Source of the DNA: Akkermansia sp.
Lineage (GTDB): Bacteria > Verrucomicrobiota > Verrucomicrobiia > Verrucomicrobiales > Akkermansiaceae
Reading direction: 5' to 3'
NCBI GenBank assembly: GCA_048388685.1
Contig: DBGCTZ010000022.1
Coordinates: forward strand, 21,382 to 85,381
DNA length: 64,000 nt
The first letter of the stretch is position 1, and each line of letters starts with the position of its first letter. The position numbers and the translations under genes are program-made. The notes beneath the pieces are model-generated. The model was not told the DNA's origin. It did not search any database and saw only the letters and a list, made by a program, of their open reading frames with translations. Positions 9,746-19,415 of the stretch are shown one piece after another.

Positions 9746-9793
9746 GCTGCCGCCAGTGAAGCAGGAAAAAGGGGCAAAGAGAAGCCTTCAAAT

Positions 9794-9827
9794 AAAAAAC
9801 CCCGTTTTCCGGGAAGGAAACGGGGTT
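9794..9827 (-). terminator. Intrinsic terminator downstream of rpmE2
   Basis: Hairpin AACCCCGTTT(T)CC/GGAAACGGGGTT followed by a U-tract on the minus strand. Confidence 0.7.
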
Positions 9828-9848
9828 GGAAAACTGTTGGAACAAGCC

Positions 9849-10124
9849 TTACTTGTTAAGCTTGGGCTTGCCGCCGCTGCGCCGGACGGAACCGAAACGC
9901 TTCTGGAACTTGTCGATGCGGCCTTCGGTGTCCACGAACTGGTTCTTACCGGTGAAGAACGGGTGGGAATCGGAGGTGATACCGCAGGAAACCACGAAAT
10001 GTTCAACCCCGTCAATAACTTCCGTCTTGGGGGAACGAACCGTGGAATGGGTGATGAAGCGGCGTCCGGTGGTGATGTCAACGAAGATGACCGGATTATA
10101 CTGGGGATGAATATCTTTCTTCAT
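9849..10124 (-). CDS. rpmE2: 50S ribosomal protein L31, type B (zinc-free)
   Basis: MKKDIHPQY...SDSHPFFTG...DTEGRIDKFQKRF; no CxxC pairs. Confidence 0.95.
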   Translation of the reverse strand: MKKDIHPQYNPVIFVDITTGRRFITHSTVRSPKTEVIDGVEHFVVSCGITSDSHPFFTGKNQFVDTEGRIDKFQKRFGSVRRSGGKPKLNK

Positions 10125-10160
10125 GGTGATGTATTGCGTTTCCGACGCAAGGGGAGCACC

Positions 10161-10188
10161 AGTATAGGTGCGTTTTATTGCATGTCAA
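10161..10188 (-). promoter_or_regulatory. Sigma70-type promoter for rpmE2
   Basis: Minus strand TTGACA (10188-10183), 16 bp spacer, TATACT (10166-10161). Confidence 0.7.
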
Positions 10189-10275
10189 GCATCCCCGCAT
10201 AAAAATGCGGAACTCTGTGAATGACGGTGCATGGGCTTGCCCGGGGAGCGGTTATGGGGATGATGGAACGGAAAA

Positions 10276-11151
10276 ATGGAGCAGGTGCTGAAGAGACCCC
10301 CCTGGTGGGCGTGGTTTTCCCTGATGGGACTGGAGATTCCTTCTGCAGCCATTGCGTGGGCTTTTGCCGTCAGCCAGTCCCATCTGGTGGTGGTCTCCTC
10401 CCCCTGGCTGTACCAATTCCTGTTTGTGGCCGTCTGGTGCGTTAACATGCTGGACCGTGTGATGAAAGTATTCCGGGGAGGTCCTGCGGTATTCTCTGAT
10501 GAATGCCTGCTGTTTGCCAAAAAGCACTGCTTCGTCATCTCCCTGCTCATTATAGTGGCCGCCATCACGGGACTGTGGATCATGTTCTTCCAGTTGGGCG
10601 TGGTCATCTTCCAATTCGCCCTGCTGCCGGGTATTTGCAGCCTGCTGTTCCTGTACTTTTCCACCAATCCGCACAAAAAGGGAATCCTGTCCTCCGCATT
10701 CGTCATGGGGGCGTTCTTCGCCTCCGTCTCCTTTGCCACCGGCGCCGGAATCCCGGCTTACTTTTACGGAACCATGGGGGGAGGGATGAGCGGGCAGCTG
10801 TCCACGCCCACCTGGTACCTGGTGGCCCTGGTCATGCTGAGCATGCTCAGCCGGAGGCGGTGGATAGAGGAAGAAGATGAAGACGGACAGGACTCCGCCG
10901 CCCGCGACATGGTCTCCCTGGTATGGATGGGGGTGATTGTCATTTACGTGGTCTTCTGCCTGGCCGCCGCCGCACGGGAATACACCGGAGATGCGTGGAT
11001 TTATTACGGACTGGCTACGGCGGGAGTATTCATGTTTGTGCTGGACAGGCTGAAAAGGAACATGCCTCCCCTCATGCTGTACACCCTCTCCTGGGTGGCT
11101 CTGATCTTTCCGCTGGTGCTGAGCGGCATTCTGGCGCAGGCTTCCTCCTGA
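10276..11151 (+). CDS. Integral membrane hypothetical protein
   Basis: 291 aa with about 8-9 hydrophobic segments. Confidence 0.75.
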   Translation: MEQVLKRPPWWAWFSLMGLEIPSAAIAWAFAVSQSHLVVVSSPWLYQFLFVAVWCVNMLDRVMKVFRGGPAVFSDECLLFAKKHCFVISLLIIVAAITGLWIMFFQLGVVIFQFALLPGICSLLFLYFSTNPHKKGILSSAFVMGAFFASVSFATGAGIPAYFYGTMGGGMSGQLSTPTWYLVALVMLSMLSRRRWIEEEDEDGQDSAARDMVSLVWMGVIVIYVVFCLAAAAREYTGDAWIYYGLATAGVFMFVLDRLKRNMPPLMLYTLSWVALIFPLVLSGILAQASS

Positions 11152-11220
11152 TTGTCTGGCAGAGCTTCCCCCTGGGACCGAGGCAAAACATAGGAAAATT
11201 GAAAAAATGATATTTTGTGG

Positions 11221-11249
11221 TTGCAATACCAGAGATCCAGTGCTAGATT
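11221..11249 (+). promoter_or_regulatory. Sigma70-type promoter for the tRNA pair
   Basis: TTGCAA, 17 bp spacer, TAGATT preceded by TGn (extended -10), about 35 bp before tRNA-Phe. Confidence 0.6.
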
Positions 11250-11283
11250 CTGCCCCGCAACCACGTTCTGCGTGCAAGCAAGT

Positions 11284-11359
11284 GGCTCGGTAGCTCAGTC
11301 GGTAGAGCAGGGGATTGAAAATCCCCGTGTCGGCGGTTCGATCCCGTCCCGAGCCACCA
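11284..11359 (+). tRNA. tRNA-Phe(GAA)
   Basis: GGCTCGG/CCGAGCC acceptor stem, anticodon arm GGGGA-TTGAAAA-TCCCC, GGTTCGATCC T-arm, 3' CCA. Confidence 0.97.
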
Positions 11360-11396
11360 TTTTTTTCTCCCAATTTTTTTAATCCCCTTTTTTATT

Positions 11397-11473
11397 CGGG
11401 AAGTAGCTCAGCCTGGTGGAGCGCCTGCTTTGGGAGCAGGATGTCGCAGGTTCGAATCCTGTCTTCCCGACCA
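11397..11473 (+). tRNA. tRNA-Pro(TGG)
   Basis: CGGGAAG/CTTCCCG acceptor stem, CCTGC-TTTGGGA-GCAGG anticodon arm, GGTTCGAATCC, 3' CCA. Confidence 0.97.
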
Positions 11474-11546
11474 TTTATTCTTCAATGAGTTATTGGGGAT
11501 TTTCTATTAATGTGATCCAAGCGTTAGCTCGACAGGAATAAAGCCA

Positions 11547-12986
11547 TCATGGCAAGGAGGCAATTTCCTCGACCTTAATACTATCAGAAATAATGCTGGC
11601 CCGGTAGAAACTTGAATCATACTTGTATCCATCCTGATTTTTTTCTTCGCTTATTAGTTTTTTAAGTTGATCGATGGTTGAGACTCCAAAAAGTGGAAGA
11701 ATTTTATGACAATATTTTCGAGATTTAATCTTTCTCCATTTTTCTTTTTGCCCCCAATCGTATTCATCATAACAATAAGTAAACGGAAACCACAGACGAG
11801 ATTCATCATCCAGAAGAAGATTGGATAACTGAAAAAGCAATATATCTGCAAAGATCAGATTTTTACGCGTTAGGATTGGCTTGCTTTCTCTAGTGAGTAA
11901 AATGTCCGCCATATTCGACAATTTACAGGGCGATTGGTTTATTTCTTTGGGGTAAATTTTATCTATAGTATGTAGATAACATCTAAATTTAATAAAATTT
12001 GATTCGTTTTCTAAATTTCCATACATTTTCAAAAAATATGTATGGGTGATTAGTTGATGTATAACTTCAAATTCTTCATAGTATAAAAGAGTTGTTATGG
12101 TACATATAAAAATTTCCCAGATAAAAAATAAATGGGGATCTCTACCATATTGGTTAGTTGATGGTATTTCATGGATGCTATTATAGCAAGTTTCCATAAA
12201 GTCCGGTATGAGATCTTCCAAGGAAACCTCCAGAGAAATTATTGTGGAGAGGTATTCCATATACACATCCCGGAGGGGTTTAAGCTCGCTTATTTTATCG
12301 ACAACCAGTGTACCAGTTATATTCTCAACTATCTCATATTGGGAAAGTTTTTCGATGAATTCATCCCGAAATTGCCGTAGCAGCATATCTTGTTTTTTTT
12401 TGTTTCTGCCATCATCCGCCTTGAGTTGTCTGATTATTATTTCCAGTGAATATAAATTTACATTTTTATCATCAAGCCACTCCGGCTTGCGGCCAAGAGC
12501 CGGTTTTTGATAAGTCGGGCAGTCGTATAAGTTTCGCAAAAGTTTTTCATATTCCCGGTCGTATATTTCAAGGTCAGAAAGGTCTATGTATATTCGACTT
12601 TTTATGTAAGCGGGACAATAAGCTTCTCCGTTGTCATCTTTTTCAAAAATCACAGGAATGAATTTTTCCTGTTTTACTTTTCCGTAAACCTCGGAAGATA
12701 TAATAGTTGTTTCATCGCCCACGCCTCCCTTCCTCTGATTTGCTTTCGCGGCATAGACTTTATCGCAGACCAGCAGCACCCGCTTTATACCAGTATCAAC
12801 GACGCATTTTTCCATGAAAGCATACTTATCCTGTCCTTCCTTTAAATCCCATTTATCCCAGATGACCGAAATACCATCTGATATCAACCGTTCCGCCAAC
12901 TCGAAAACTTTTTTCTCATGCTCTTCCGTTGACCATGCGTATGAAATGAATACTGTAGGTGATGTAGTAGCATCGGTACTGACCAT
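11547..12986 (-). CDS. SEFIR/TIR-domain protein (candidate anti-phage defence) in an AT-rich islet
   Basis: N-terminal VFISYAW..EEHEKKV..LAERL..DGI.VIWDKWDL..GQD...FME...Y..KA...GGVG.E, typical of SEFIR/TIR_2 domains; strongly AT-rich compared with the flanks; adjacent to the tRNA 3' end. Confidence 0.85.
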   Translation of the reverse strand: MVSTDATTSPTVFISYAWSTEEHEKKVFELAERLISDGISVIWDKWDLKEGQDKYAFMEKCVVDTGIKRVLLVCDKVYAAKANQRKGGVGDETTIISSEVYGKVKQEKFIPVIFEKDDNGEAYCPAYIKSRIYIDLSDLEIYDREYEKLLRNLYDCPTYQKPALGRKPEWLDDKNVNLYSLEIIIRQLKADDGRNKKKQDMLLRQFRDEFIEKLSQYEIVENITGTLVVDKISELKPLRDVYMEYLSTIISLEVSLEDLIPDFMETCYNSIHEIPSTNQYGRDPHLFFIWEIFICTITTLLYYEEFEVIHQLITHTYFLKMYGNLENESNFIKFRCYLHTIDKIYPKEINQSPCKLSNMADILLTRESKPILTRKNLIFADILLFQLSNLLLDDESRLWFPFTYCYDEYDWGQKEKWRKIKSRKYCHKILPLFGVSTIDQLKKLISEEKNQDGYKYDSSFYRASIISDSIKVEEIASLP

Positions 12987-13170
12987 GACTTTATTATGGT
13001 ATTTTTGTTTAATTGCTCAAGTTATTTAATGGAGTCTCAAGGAAACTTCTCTTTTTCCCTTGCTATCCATTTGGATTCATCCTATGGCACTAAAGTTCCT
13101 TTTTGCTGATGTAATTGGAAGTGCTGAATTTTTTGCTTGAGGTTCGGAAAGAGGCACGCAGACTACATAT

Positions 13171-13449
13171 ATGAAGCACAGCCAAGAGAAGACAGCACCT
13201 CCTTCCTGGCTGGCGGGGTTGAGGTGGTCGTTTACCGGGTATGTGGCGGGAACATTGCTGGCGGCGGGGGCAGGGGCGCTGGATTTGCCCGTGCTGGCGC
13301 GGGGGCTGCTTCTGCTGGCGGCGGTTTGTTTTGTGGCTTCTCTGGTTTGTGCAGGGGCTTGTGTCAGGAGCAGTAAAATCGCCCGCTGGTACTTAGTTCT
13401 TGTAGTTGTGATGATTATGGTTGCGGTGCTGTTAAGGAATGGGAGTTAG
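13171..13449 (+). CDS. Small membrane protein (about 3 TM)
   Basis: 92-aa hydrophobic ORF between the islet and the OMP gene. Confidence 0.5.
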   Translation: MKHSQEKTAPPSWLAGLRWSFTGYVAGTLLAAGAGALDLPVLARGLLLLAAVCFVASLVCAGACVRSSKIARWYLVLVVVMIMVAVLLRNGS

Positions 13450-13511
13450 TTAATTGGTCATTTGTATATCTTTTGATTGACTGCGCGTGCGCGTATGTAT
13501 ACTTTCCGTCC

Positions 13512-14492
13512 ATGTTCCTCCGTTTTTTGTCGAGTCTCTCTCTTGCTGCCGGCGTGGCTGCGGTTGCCCAGGCCAACACCCAGCCTTATCCGGATTCCGA
13601 TTCTTCGGACGGGTATGATACCGGCTATTATGCGGAAGCCTATTCCGGGGGATATAATAGCTCTCCGGCTCCCACAGGGGAGTCCGCCCCTAAGCCCGTT
13701 TTCCCCACGCAGTCCTATTTTGAACTGCTCGGGCCCATGGATTCCAGAAACGGCCACGGGAGCGTGAATGTGCAGAACTGGATGACGGACCTGAATCTGT
13801 GCCGGATGTCCAGCGGTTCCTGGGGCTTTTCCGCCACGACGGCTTTGCGCCTGACCTGGTTCAACGGAGAGGGCGCCCGTGCGATGGATGTGGATGAGCT
13901 GTACACGGTGTGGCTGAATGCCACTGCCTCCTACAAGCTCAGCGGGAAGACGAGACTGGTTTTCGGCGTGACGCCGCAGATTTCCACGGATTTCGATACC
14001 TGGACCAGCCATAATATCTTTTTCGGCGGCCATGCCCTTCTCGCCGGCCCCCTCAACGACCGGTTCAGCTATGGCATCGGCGTCGGGTGTTATCCCCAGC
14101 TGGGGGATTTCCCCATCCTTCCCCTGATCCAGTTTGAGTGGAAGGCAACCCGCAACTGGACTCTTCAACTGGAAGGCGCGCGCCTTTCCTATACCAGCAA
14201 GGTGAGCGAAGGACTGACGTGGGGGCCGTTCGTCTCCGTAGTTTCCGGCACATGGACGATTCACCATGACCGCCGCATCCGCCAGTTTGAATGGATTTCA
14301 GGCATTGCCGGCGTAGGCGCGGAGATAGGGCTGGGCCGCTGGGGCAGCGTACGCCCCCGCATTGTGACGGACGTAGGCTTTTCCTTCGGGAACTCCGGCA
14401 CCATCAAGACCAGCAACGGGAGCCATGAACTGGAGAAGTACCATTATGATCCCGGTTTCTACCTGCGCGCGGGATTGCAGTTTGATTTTTGA
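13512..14492 (+). CDS. Putative outer-membrane beta-barrel protein
   Basis: Signal peptide (MFLRFLSSLSLAAGVAAVAQA), amphipathic beta strands, C-terminal FYLRAGLQFDF resembling a BAM beta-signal. Confidence 0.75.
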   Translation: MFLRFLSSLSLAAGVAAVAQANTQPYPDSDSSDGYDTGYYAEAYSGGYNSSPAPTGESAPKPVFPTQSYFELLGPMDSRNGHGSVNVQNWMTDLNLCRMSSGSWGFSATTALRLTWFNGEGARAMDVDELYTVWLNATASYKLSGKTRLVFGVTPQISTDFDTWTSHNIFFGGHALLAGPLNDRFSYGIGVGCYPQLGDFPILPLIQFEWKATRNWTLQLEGARLSYTSKVSEGLTWGPFVSVVSGTWTIHHDRRIRQFEWISGIAGVGAEIGLGRWGSVRPRIVTDVGFSFGNSGTIKTSNGSHELEKYHYDPGFYLRAGLQFDF

Positions 14493-14521
14493 TCGGCCAA
14501 CAGGATTAGCGAATAAATGAC

Positions 14522-14560
14522 AAAGGCCTCCGGAGCGCTGAATGCTCCGGAGGCCTTTTT
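14522..14560. terminator. Bidirectional intrinsic terminator between the OMP gene and ugd
   Basis: AAAGGCCTCCGGAGC-7 nt loop-GCTCCGGAGGCCTTTTT. Confidence 0.85.
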
Positions 14561-14599
14561 GCAGGGAAGTTGTTCAGAACCGGGCAGGTCCGGGCAGGA

Positions 14600-15922
14600 T
14601 CAGGCTTCCTCAATGGAAGGGCGCCCCACGGAGTGGTATTCAAATCCCATGGCCTTGATGTTGGCCGGAGAAAGGATGTTCCTTCCGTCAAAGATGATGC
14701 GGTTGCGCATGACATCCGCCAGCTTTTGCAGGTCCGCATTGGCGTATTCGCTCCATTCCGTGGCGATGATCAGCACTTCAGCATCCTCGGCGCATTCATA
14801 CATGTCTTCCACCAGCGTCACGCCCAGAGGTTCCAGAATGGGTGCGGCGGTGTTCATGGCCTTGGGGTCCGTGGCAGTGACGGTGGCTCCCTCTCTGCGG
14901 AGTTTTTCACAGAGTTTCAGGGCAATGGATTCCCGGATGTCGTCCGTGTTCTGCTTGAACGCCAGGCCCCAGACGGCGATTTTTTTATCCTTGAGCACCC
15001 AGAGGCGCTCCCGGATATGGTCCAGGAAGTGGACGTGCTGGGTATTGTTGATGTGCTCCACTTCCTCCAGCAGGGTGAAGGGGATGCCCAGCGTGCGGCT
15101 GATGTTGATGAAGGCCTTGACGTCCTTCGGGAAGCAGGAGCCGCCGTAGCCCAGCCCGGCGTTGAGGAAGTGGCGGGAGATGCGTTTGTCCATGCCGATT
15201 CCTTCCGCTACCAGCTCCACGTCCGCTCCCGTTTTTTCACAAATTTTCGCGACAGCGTTGATGTAGGAGATTTTCAGCGCCAGGAAGGAGTTGGCCGCAT
15301 GCTTGATGAGTTCCGCGGAGTTGACGTCCGTTTCCAGAATGGGGGCCAGGATGGGCTGGTAAACGCGTTTGATGACGTTCATGGCGCGTTCGGAGTTGGC
15401 GCCGATGACGATGCGGTCCGGGTGCAGCAGGTCGTCCACCGCGCAGCCTTCCCTCAGGAATTCGGGGTTGGAGACGATGTCGAATTCCACGCCCGGCCTT
15501 GCATAGCGCTTGATGGTCTGGCGCACTTTTTCCCCGGTTTTAACGGGAACGGTGGATTTGTCCACAATGACCTTGTAGCCCATTTCCGGTTTCAGCGCCT
15601 GGGCAATTTCCCGAGCCACTTTTTCAATGTAGGTCAGGTCCACGGAGCCGTCCGTATTGGGCGGGGTGGGCACGGCGATGAAAATGACGTCGCTTTCCGC
15701 AATAGAGTCGGCAATGGAAGGGGAGAATTCCAGCCGCCCTACGGCCACGTTTTTCTTGACGAGGTCTTCCAGCTTGGGTTCGTAGATGGGAATGGCTCCG
15801 GATTGGAGGGTGCGTATTTTTTCCTCGTTATTGTCCACGCAGATGACGTGATGGCCCATTTCCGCAAAACAGGTGCCCGTGGTAAGTCCCACGTAGCCAC
15901 TGCCGATGATCGTTAAATTCAT
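14600..15922 (-). CDS. ugd: UDP-glucose 6-dehydrogenase
   Basis: IIGSGYVGL, KSTVPV, SNPEFLREG, GYGGSCFPKD and GLAFKQNTDDIRES motifs. Confidence 0.95.
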   Translation of the reverse strand: MNLTIIGSGYVGLTTGTCFAEMGHHVICVDNNEEKIRTLQSGAIPIYEPKLEDLVKKNVAVGRLEFSPSIADSIAESDVIFIAVPTPPNTDGSVDLTYIEKVAREIAQALKPEMGYKVIVDKSTVPVKTGEKVRQTIKRYARPGVEFDIVSNPEFLREGCAVDDLLHPDRIVIGANSERAMNVIKRVYQPILAPILETDVNSAELIKHAANSFLALKISYINAVAKICEKTGADVELVAEGIGMDKRISRHFLNAGLGYGGSCFPKDVKAFINISRTLGIPFTLLEEVEHINNTQHVHFLDHIRERLWVLKDKKIAVWGLAFKQNTDDIRESIALKLCEKLRREGATVTATDPKAMNTAAPILEPLGVTLVEDMYECAEDAEVLIIATEWSEYANADLQKLADVMRNRIIFDGRNILSPANIKAMGFEYHSVGRPSIEEA

Positions 15923-15963
15923 GGTGTCAGTGCAAATAGATGGTAAAAACTCAATTGCCTTAA

Positions 15964-15992
15964 AGGATAGGGGCCGGAGGACCAATGTTCAA
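15964..15992 (-). promoter_or_regulatory. Candidate sigma70 promoter for ugd
   Basis: Minus strand TTGAAC, 17 bp spacer, TATCCT. Confidence 0.45.
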
Positions 15993-16111
15993 GCATAATG
16001 GGAGATAGGATTTTTTCTGTCAAAATAAAAAGTTCCTGATTGAGCGCCTACCCTCCGTGTGCTATAACCACGACCAGACAGAAAGGATCTGTTTATTTTA
16101 ATTTGAACGTT

Positions 16112-17101
16112 ATGAAAACACCTATCACCGTTACCGTTACAGGAGCCGCCGGCCAAATCGCCTATTCCCTGCTGTTCCGTATTGCTTCCGGCAGCATGCT
16201 GGGACCGGATCAGCCGATCAACCTGCGCCTGCTGGAGATTCCCCCGGCCATGAATGCTCTGGAAGGGGTGGTAATGGAACTGCGTGACGCCGCGTTCCCG
16301 CTGGTCAATGAAATCGTCCCCACCTCTGATCCGGATGAAGCCTTCGCCGGCGCAGATTGGTGCCTGCTGGTGGGCTCCGTCCCCCGCAAGGCAGGTATGG
16401 AGCGCAAGGATCTGCTGGACATCAACGGCAAGGTGTTCATCGGCCAGGGCCAGGCCATCGCCCGCAGCGCCGCCAAGGACGTGCGCGTGCTCGTCGTCGG
16501 CAATCCCTGCAATACGAATGCCCTCATCGCCATGCATAACGCTACCGGCGTTCCCGCCGACCGTTTCTTCGCCATGACTCGCCTGGATGAAAACCGCGCC
16601 AAGAGCCAGCTTGCTGAAAAGGCCGGCGTTCATGTGACGGAAGTGACCAACATGACCATCTGGGGCAACCATTCCTCCACCCAGTACCCGGATTTCACCA
16701 ACGCTAAGATCGGCGGCAAGCCCGTGACGGAAGTCATCAAGGACATTGAATGGCTCAAGGGTGACTTCATCACCACCGTGCAGCAGCGCGGCGCCGCCAT
16801 CATCAAGGCCCGCGGCGCTTCCTCCGCCGCCTCCGCCGCCTCCGCCGCCGTGGACACCGTCCGCAGCCTGGCTACCCAGACCCCTGAAGGCGACTGGTAC
16901 TCCGTGGCCGTCTGCTCTGATGGCTCCTATGGCATTGAAAAAGGCCTGATCTGCTCCTTCCCGGTCCGCACCACCAAGGATGGCGGCTGGGAAATCGTGC
17001 AGGGCCTCCCGATCAACGCGTTCTCTCAGGAAAAGATTGACGCTACCGTCAATGAACTGAAGGAAGAACGTGACGCCGTCTCCTCTCTGTTGAAGCATTG
17101 A
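16112..17101 (+). CDS. mdh: Malate dehydrogenase (MDH type 2)
   Basis: [49 protein letters not shown] and [10 protein letters not shown] motifs. Confidence 0.96.
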   Translation: MKTPITVTVTGAAGQIAYSLLFRIASGSMLGPDQPINLRLLEIPPAMNALEGVVMELRDAAFPLVNEIVPTSDPDEAFAGADWCLLVGSVPRKAGMERKDLLDINGKVFIGQGQAIARSAAKDVRVLVVGNPCNTNALIAMHNATGVPADRFFAMTRLDENRAKSQLAEKAGVHVTEVTNMTIWGNHSSTQYPDFTNAKIGGKPVTEVIKDIEWLKGDFITTVQQRGAAIIKARGASSAASAASAAVDTVRSLATQTPEGDWYSVAVCSDGSYGIEKGLICSFPVRTTKDGGWEIVQGLPINAFSQEKIDATVNELKEERDAVSSLLKH

Positions 17102-17119
17102 AGTTGATTTGCTTTTGCG

Positions 17120-17155
17120 CCGGGCTCTCCGTTTTCGGAGAGCCCGGTTTTTTTT
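17120..17155 (+). terminator. Intrinsic terminator after mdh
   Basis: CCGGGCTCTCCG-TTTT-CGGAGAGCCCGG followed by a T-tract. Confidence 0.9.
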
Positions 17156-17246
17156 GTGTCCGGGAAGCTCCGTAAGCCTCATTTTCTGCGGGACAGAAGT
17201 TTTTTTCCATGTTAAAAAGAAGGATGGACGCAGCGTCCGTTTATTT

Positions 17247-19397
17247 ATGGATCAAGACCGTATATTATACCGGGGGGAGGCTTTTGCACTGACCGGAAAT
17301 TCCGTGCGCCAGGACGCCGCGCACTGGGCGGAGGTGGAGCCGGACGGGCACGTGAGGACAATGAAGAACGGGCGCTATTCGGAATGGCGCATTCTCCAGG
17401 ATAGCGGGGCGTACCCGCATTACCGGGGAAGTTTTGAAGTGCTCAACAAGGCCTACAGCCTGGCGTTGAATGAGGCGGCCTCCCTGCTCAACGGGGAGGG
17501 GACATTCCGTACGGGGAACAACTGGCCCACCGTGTGGACGCGGGATATTTCCTATGCCACCCATCTGGGGCTCGGCCTGTGGAACGTTCATGCCTGCATG
17601 AAGAGCCTGAATGCGCGGGTGCGGAACGGGGAGGTGGAGCAGGATACCGGAACAGGCGGGTCCTGGCCCATTTCTTCAGACCGCGTGGTGTGGGGTATGG
17701 CCGCGTGGGAGGTTTACTGCCTGACGGGGGATGCGGACTGGCTGTCCCGTTCCTGCCGCGTGCTGGAAAAGACGTGCCTGCGGGATGAAGAGGTGCTTGC
17801 TGCTACGGGCGGTCTGGTGAAGGGGGAGTCTTCCTTTCTGGACTGGCGGGAACAGAGCTACCCCGCGTGGATGACTTCCGCGGACATCGGGGATTCGTGC
17901 AGCCTCTCCACCATGCTTCTGCACGCGGAGGCCCGCAAGGCGCTTTCCCGCATGTTCCGGGAGCTGGGGATGGAGGAGAAGGCGCGGGAGTGGGAGGAAA
18001 AAAGCGCCGTCCTTTCCGCCGTGATTGAGCGGTTTTTCCGGATTCCGGAGGATGCCCTGTATGGGCAATACCTGTATGGCCGCGGGTATCCCGTGCTGTC
18101 GGAAAAAGTGGATTCCCTGGGCAATCTGCTCTGCGTGCTTCTGGGGCAGGCGCACGGTTCCCATGCCGCCGGAATGGTGGCCGGTCTTCCCCACTGCGTT
18201 TACGGCATCCCCTGCTTTCATCCCCAGATGCCGGATGAGGTGCCCCCCTACCATAACCGCGCCATGTGGCCGTTCCTGGAGGGTTATTATGCTCAGGCCG
18301 CCGCCGCGGTGGAGAATGAGTCCGCCCTGTCCCTGGCGTTCGCCTGCATGGTGCGCGCCGCCCTGCTGTGCGGCACCAACAAGGAGAACGTACTTCTGGA
18401 AACGGGGCTGGATGATGGCCTTCTGCTCAGCTCGGACAGCCAGCTCTGGAGCATTGCCGGGATGCTGGGCAGTTTTTACAAGGGGCTTTTCGGCATCCGG
18501 CTCCTGCCGGATTCCCTGGAATTCCGCCCCTGCGTTCCGGAATCCTTTGAGGGCGTTCATGAACTGACCGGGCTGGAATACCGCGGCATGACGGTGGATG
18601 TGCGTCTGAACGGCAGCGGGCACCGGATAGCGCGCTGCCTGGTCAATGGGCAGGAAGGGCGTCCGATTCTTTCCGCAGGCATGAAGGGCCGTGTTCAGGT
18701 GGAGCTGGAACTGGCCGCCGGAGAAGAAGGGGCGGGGCAGGTGAACGTGGCCCACATGGGTCGCAGCCTGCCGTTTCCGGCATGGAAGGCCGCCCGCCAC
18801 GGCATCGCGTGGGAGGCCGTGGATGGAGCGGATTATTACCGCGTTTACCGGAATGGCATTCCGGTGTCCCAGACGGAGTTCTGCCATTACATGCCTCCGC
18901 CCAGCCGGGGGGATGTGTATTTCCAGGTGATGGCGGTCGCGCTGGACGGCAGGGAATCCTACCTTAATGAACCCAATGATTACCCTTCCGCGGATTCCCG
19001 CATGGAGACCCGCCCCTGCGGCCTGAGCGGGGATGAAGTCTGGTTCTCCCGCGTTACGGAGTCTCCGGATGCCCTGTGCTATAATGTGAACATAGACCAG
19101 CCCGGCGTGTACCGGGTGGACGCCTTTTTTGCTAACGGCACATATGACGTTTCAGACGGGAATACCTGCGCCCTGCGCAGCCTGTACCTGAACGGGCGGC
19201 GGGTGGGCACGCTGGCTTTTCCCCATACGTCCCGCTCCGGCAACTGGGAGTATTTCATTTATTCCACGGCGGTGGAGGCGGTCATTCCGTCCGGTCCCTG
19301 CCGGGTGGAGGTGGTGTACGACGCTTTTTCCGAGAATATGAACCGCCTGGTGAACGATATGGTGATAAAACACCTGCGTTTTACCCGTATATCCTGA
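17247..19397 (+). CDS. Six-hairpin (alpha/alpha)6 glycoside hydrolase with a C-terminal CBM-like beta-sandwich
   Basis: W.TVWTRDISYA, EQDTGTGGSWPISSDRVVW, GESSFLDWREQSYP, YHNRAMWPF and SDSQLWS motifs; FN3/CBM6-35-like tail. Confidence 0.7.
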   Translation: MDQDRILYRGEAFALTGNSVRQDAAHWAEVEPDGHVRTMKNGRYSEWRILQDSGAYPHYRGSFEVLNKAYSLALNEAASLLNGEGTFRTGNNWPTVWTRDISYATHLGLGLWNVHACMKSLNARVRNGEVEQDTGTGGSWPISSDRVVWGMAAWEVYCLTGDADWLSRSCRVLEKTCLRDEEVLAATGGLVKGESSFLDWREQSYPAWMTSADIGDSCSLSTMLLHAEARKALSRMFRELGMEEKAREWEEKSAVLSAVIERFFRIPEDALYGQYLYGRGYPVLSEKVDSLGNLLCVLLGQAHGSHAAGMVAGLPHCVYGIPCFHPQMPDEVPPYHNRAMWPFLEGYYAQAAAAVENESALSLAFACMVRAALLCGTNKENVLLETGLDDGLLLSSDSQLWSIAGMLGSFYKGLFGIRLLPDSLEFRPCVPESFEGVHELTGLEYRGMTVDVRLNGSGHRIARCLVNGQEGRPILSAGMKGRVQVELELAAGEEGAGQVNVAHMGRSLPFPAWKAARHGIAWEAVDGADYYRVYRNGIPVSQTEFCHYMPPPSRGDVYFQVMAVALDGRESYLNEPNDYPSADSRMETRPCGLSGDEVWFSRVTESPDALCYNVNIDQPGVYRVDAFFANGTYDVSDGNTCALRSLYLNGRRVGTLAFPHTSRSGNWEYFIYSTAVEAVIPSGPCRVEVVYDAFSENMNRLVNDMVIKHLRFTRIS

Positions 19398-19415
19398 CAC
19401 CGGTTCATGGATCTT

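Noticed and set aside
11474..13470. Prophage or integrative element at tRNA-Pro
   Set aside because: No integrase, phage genes or duplicated tRNA 3' end (attR) found by eye.
16820..16850. CCTCCGCCG triple tandem repeat in mdh
   Set aside because: Encodes the conserved [10 protein letters not shown] helix; not a contingency repeat.
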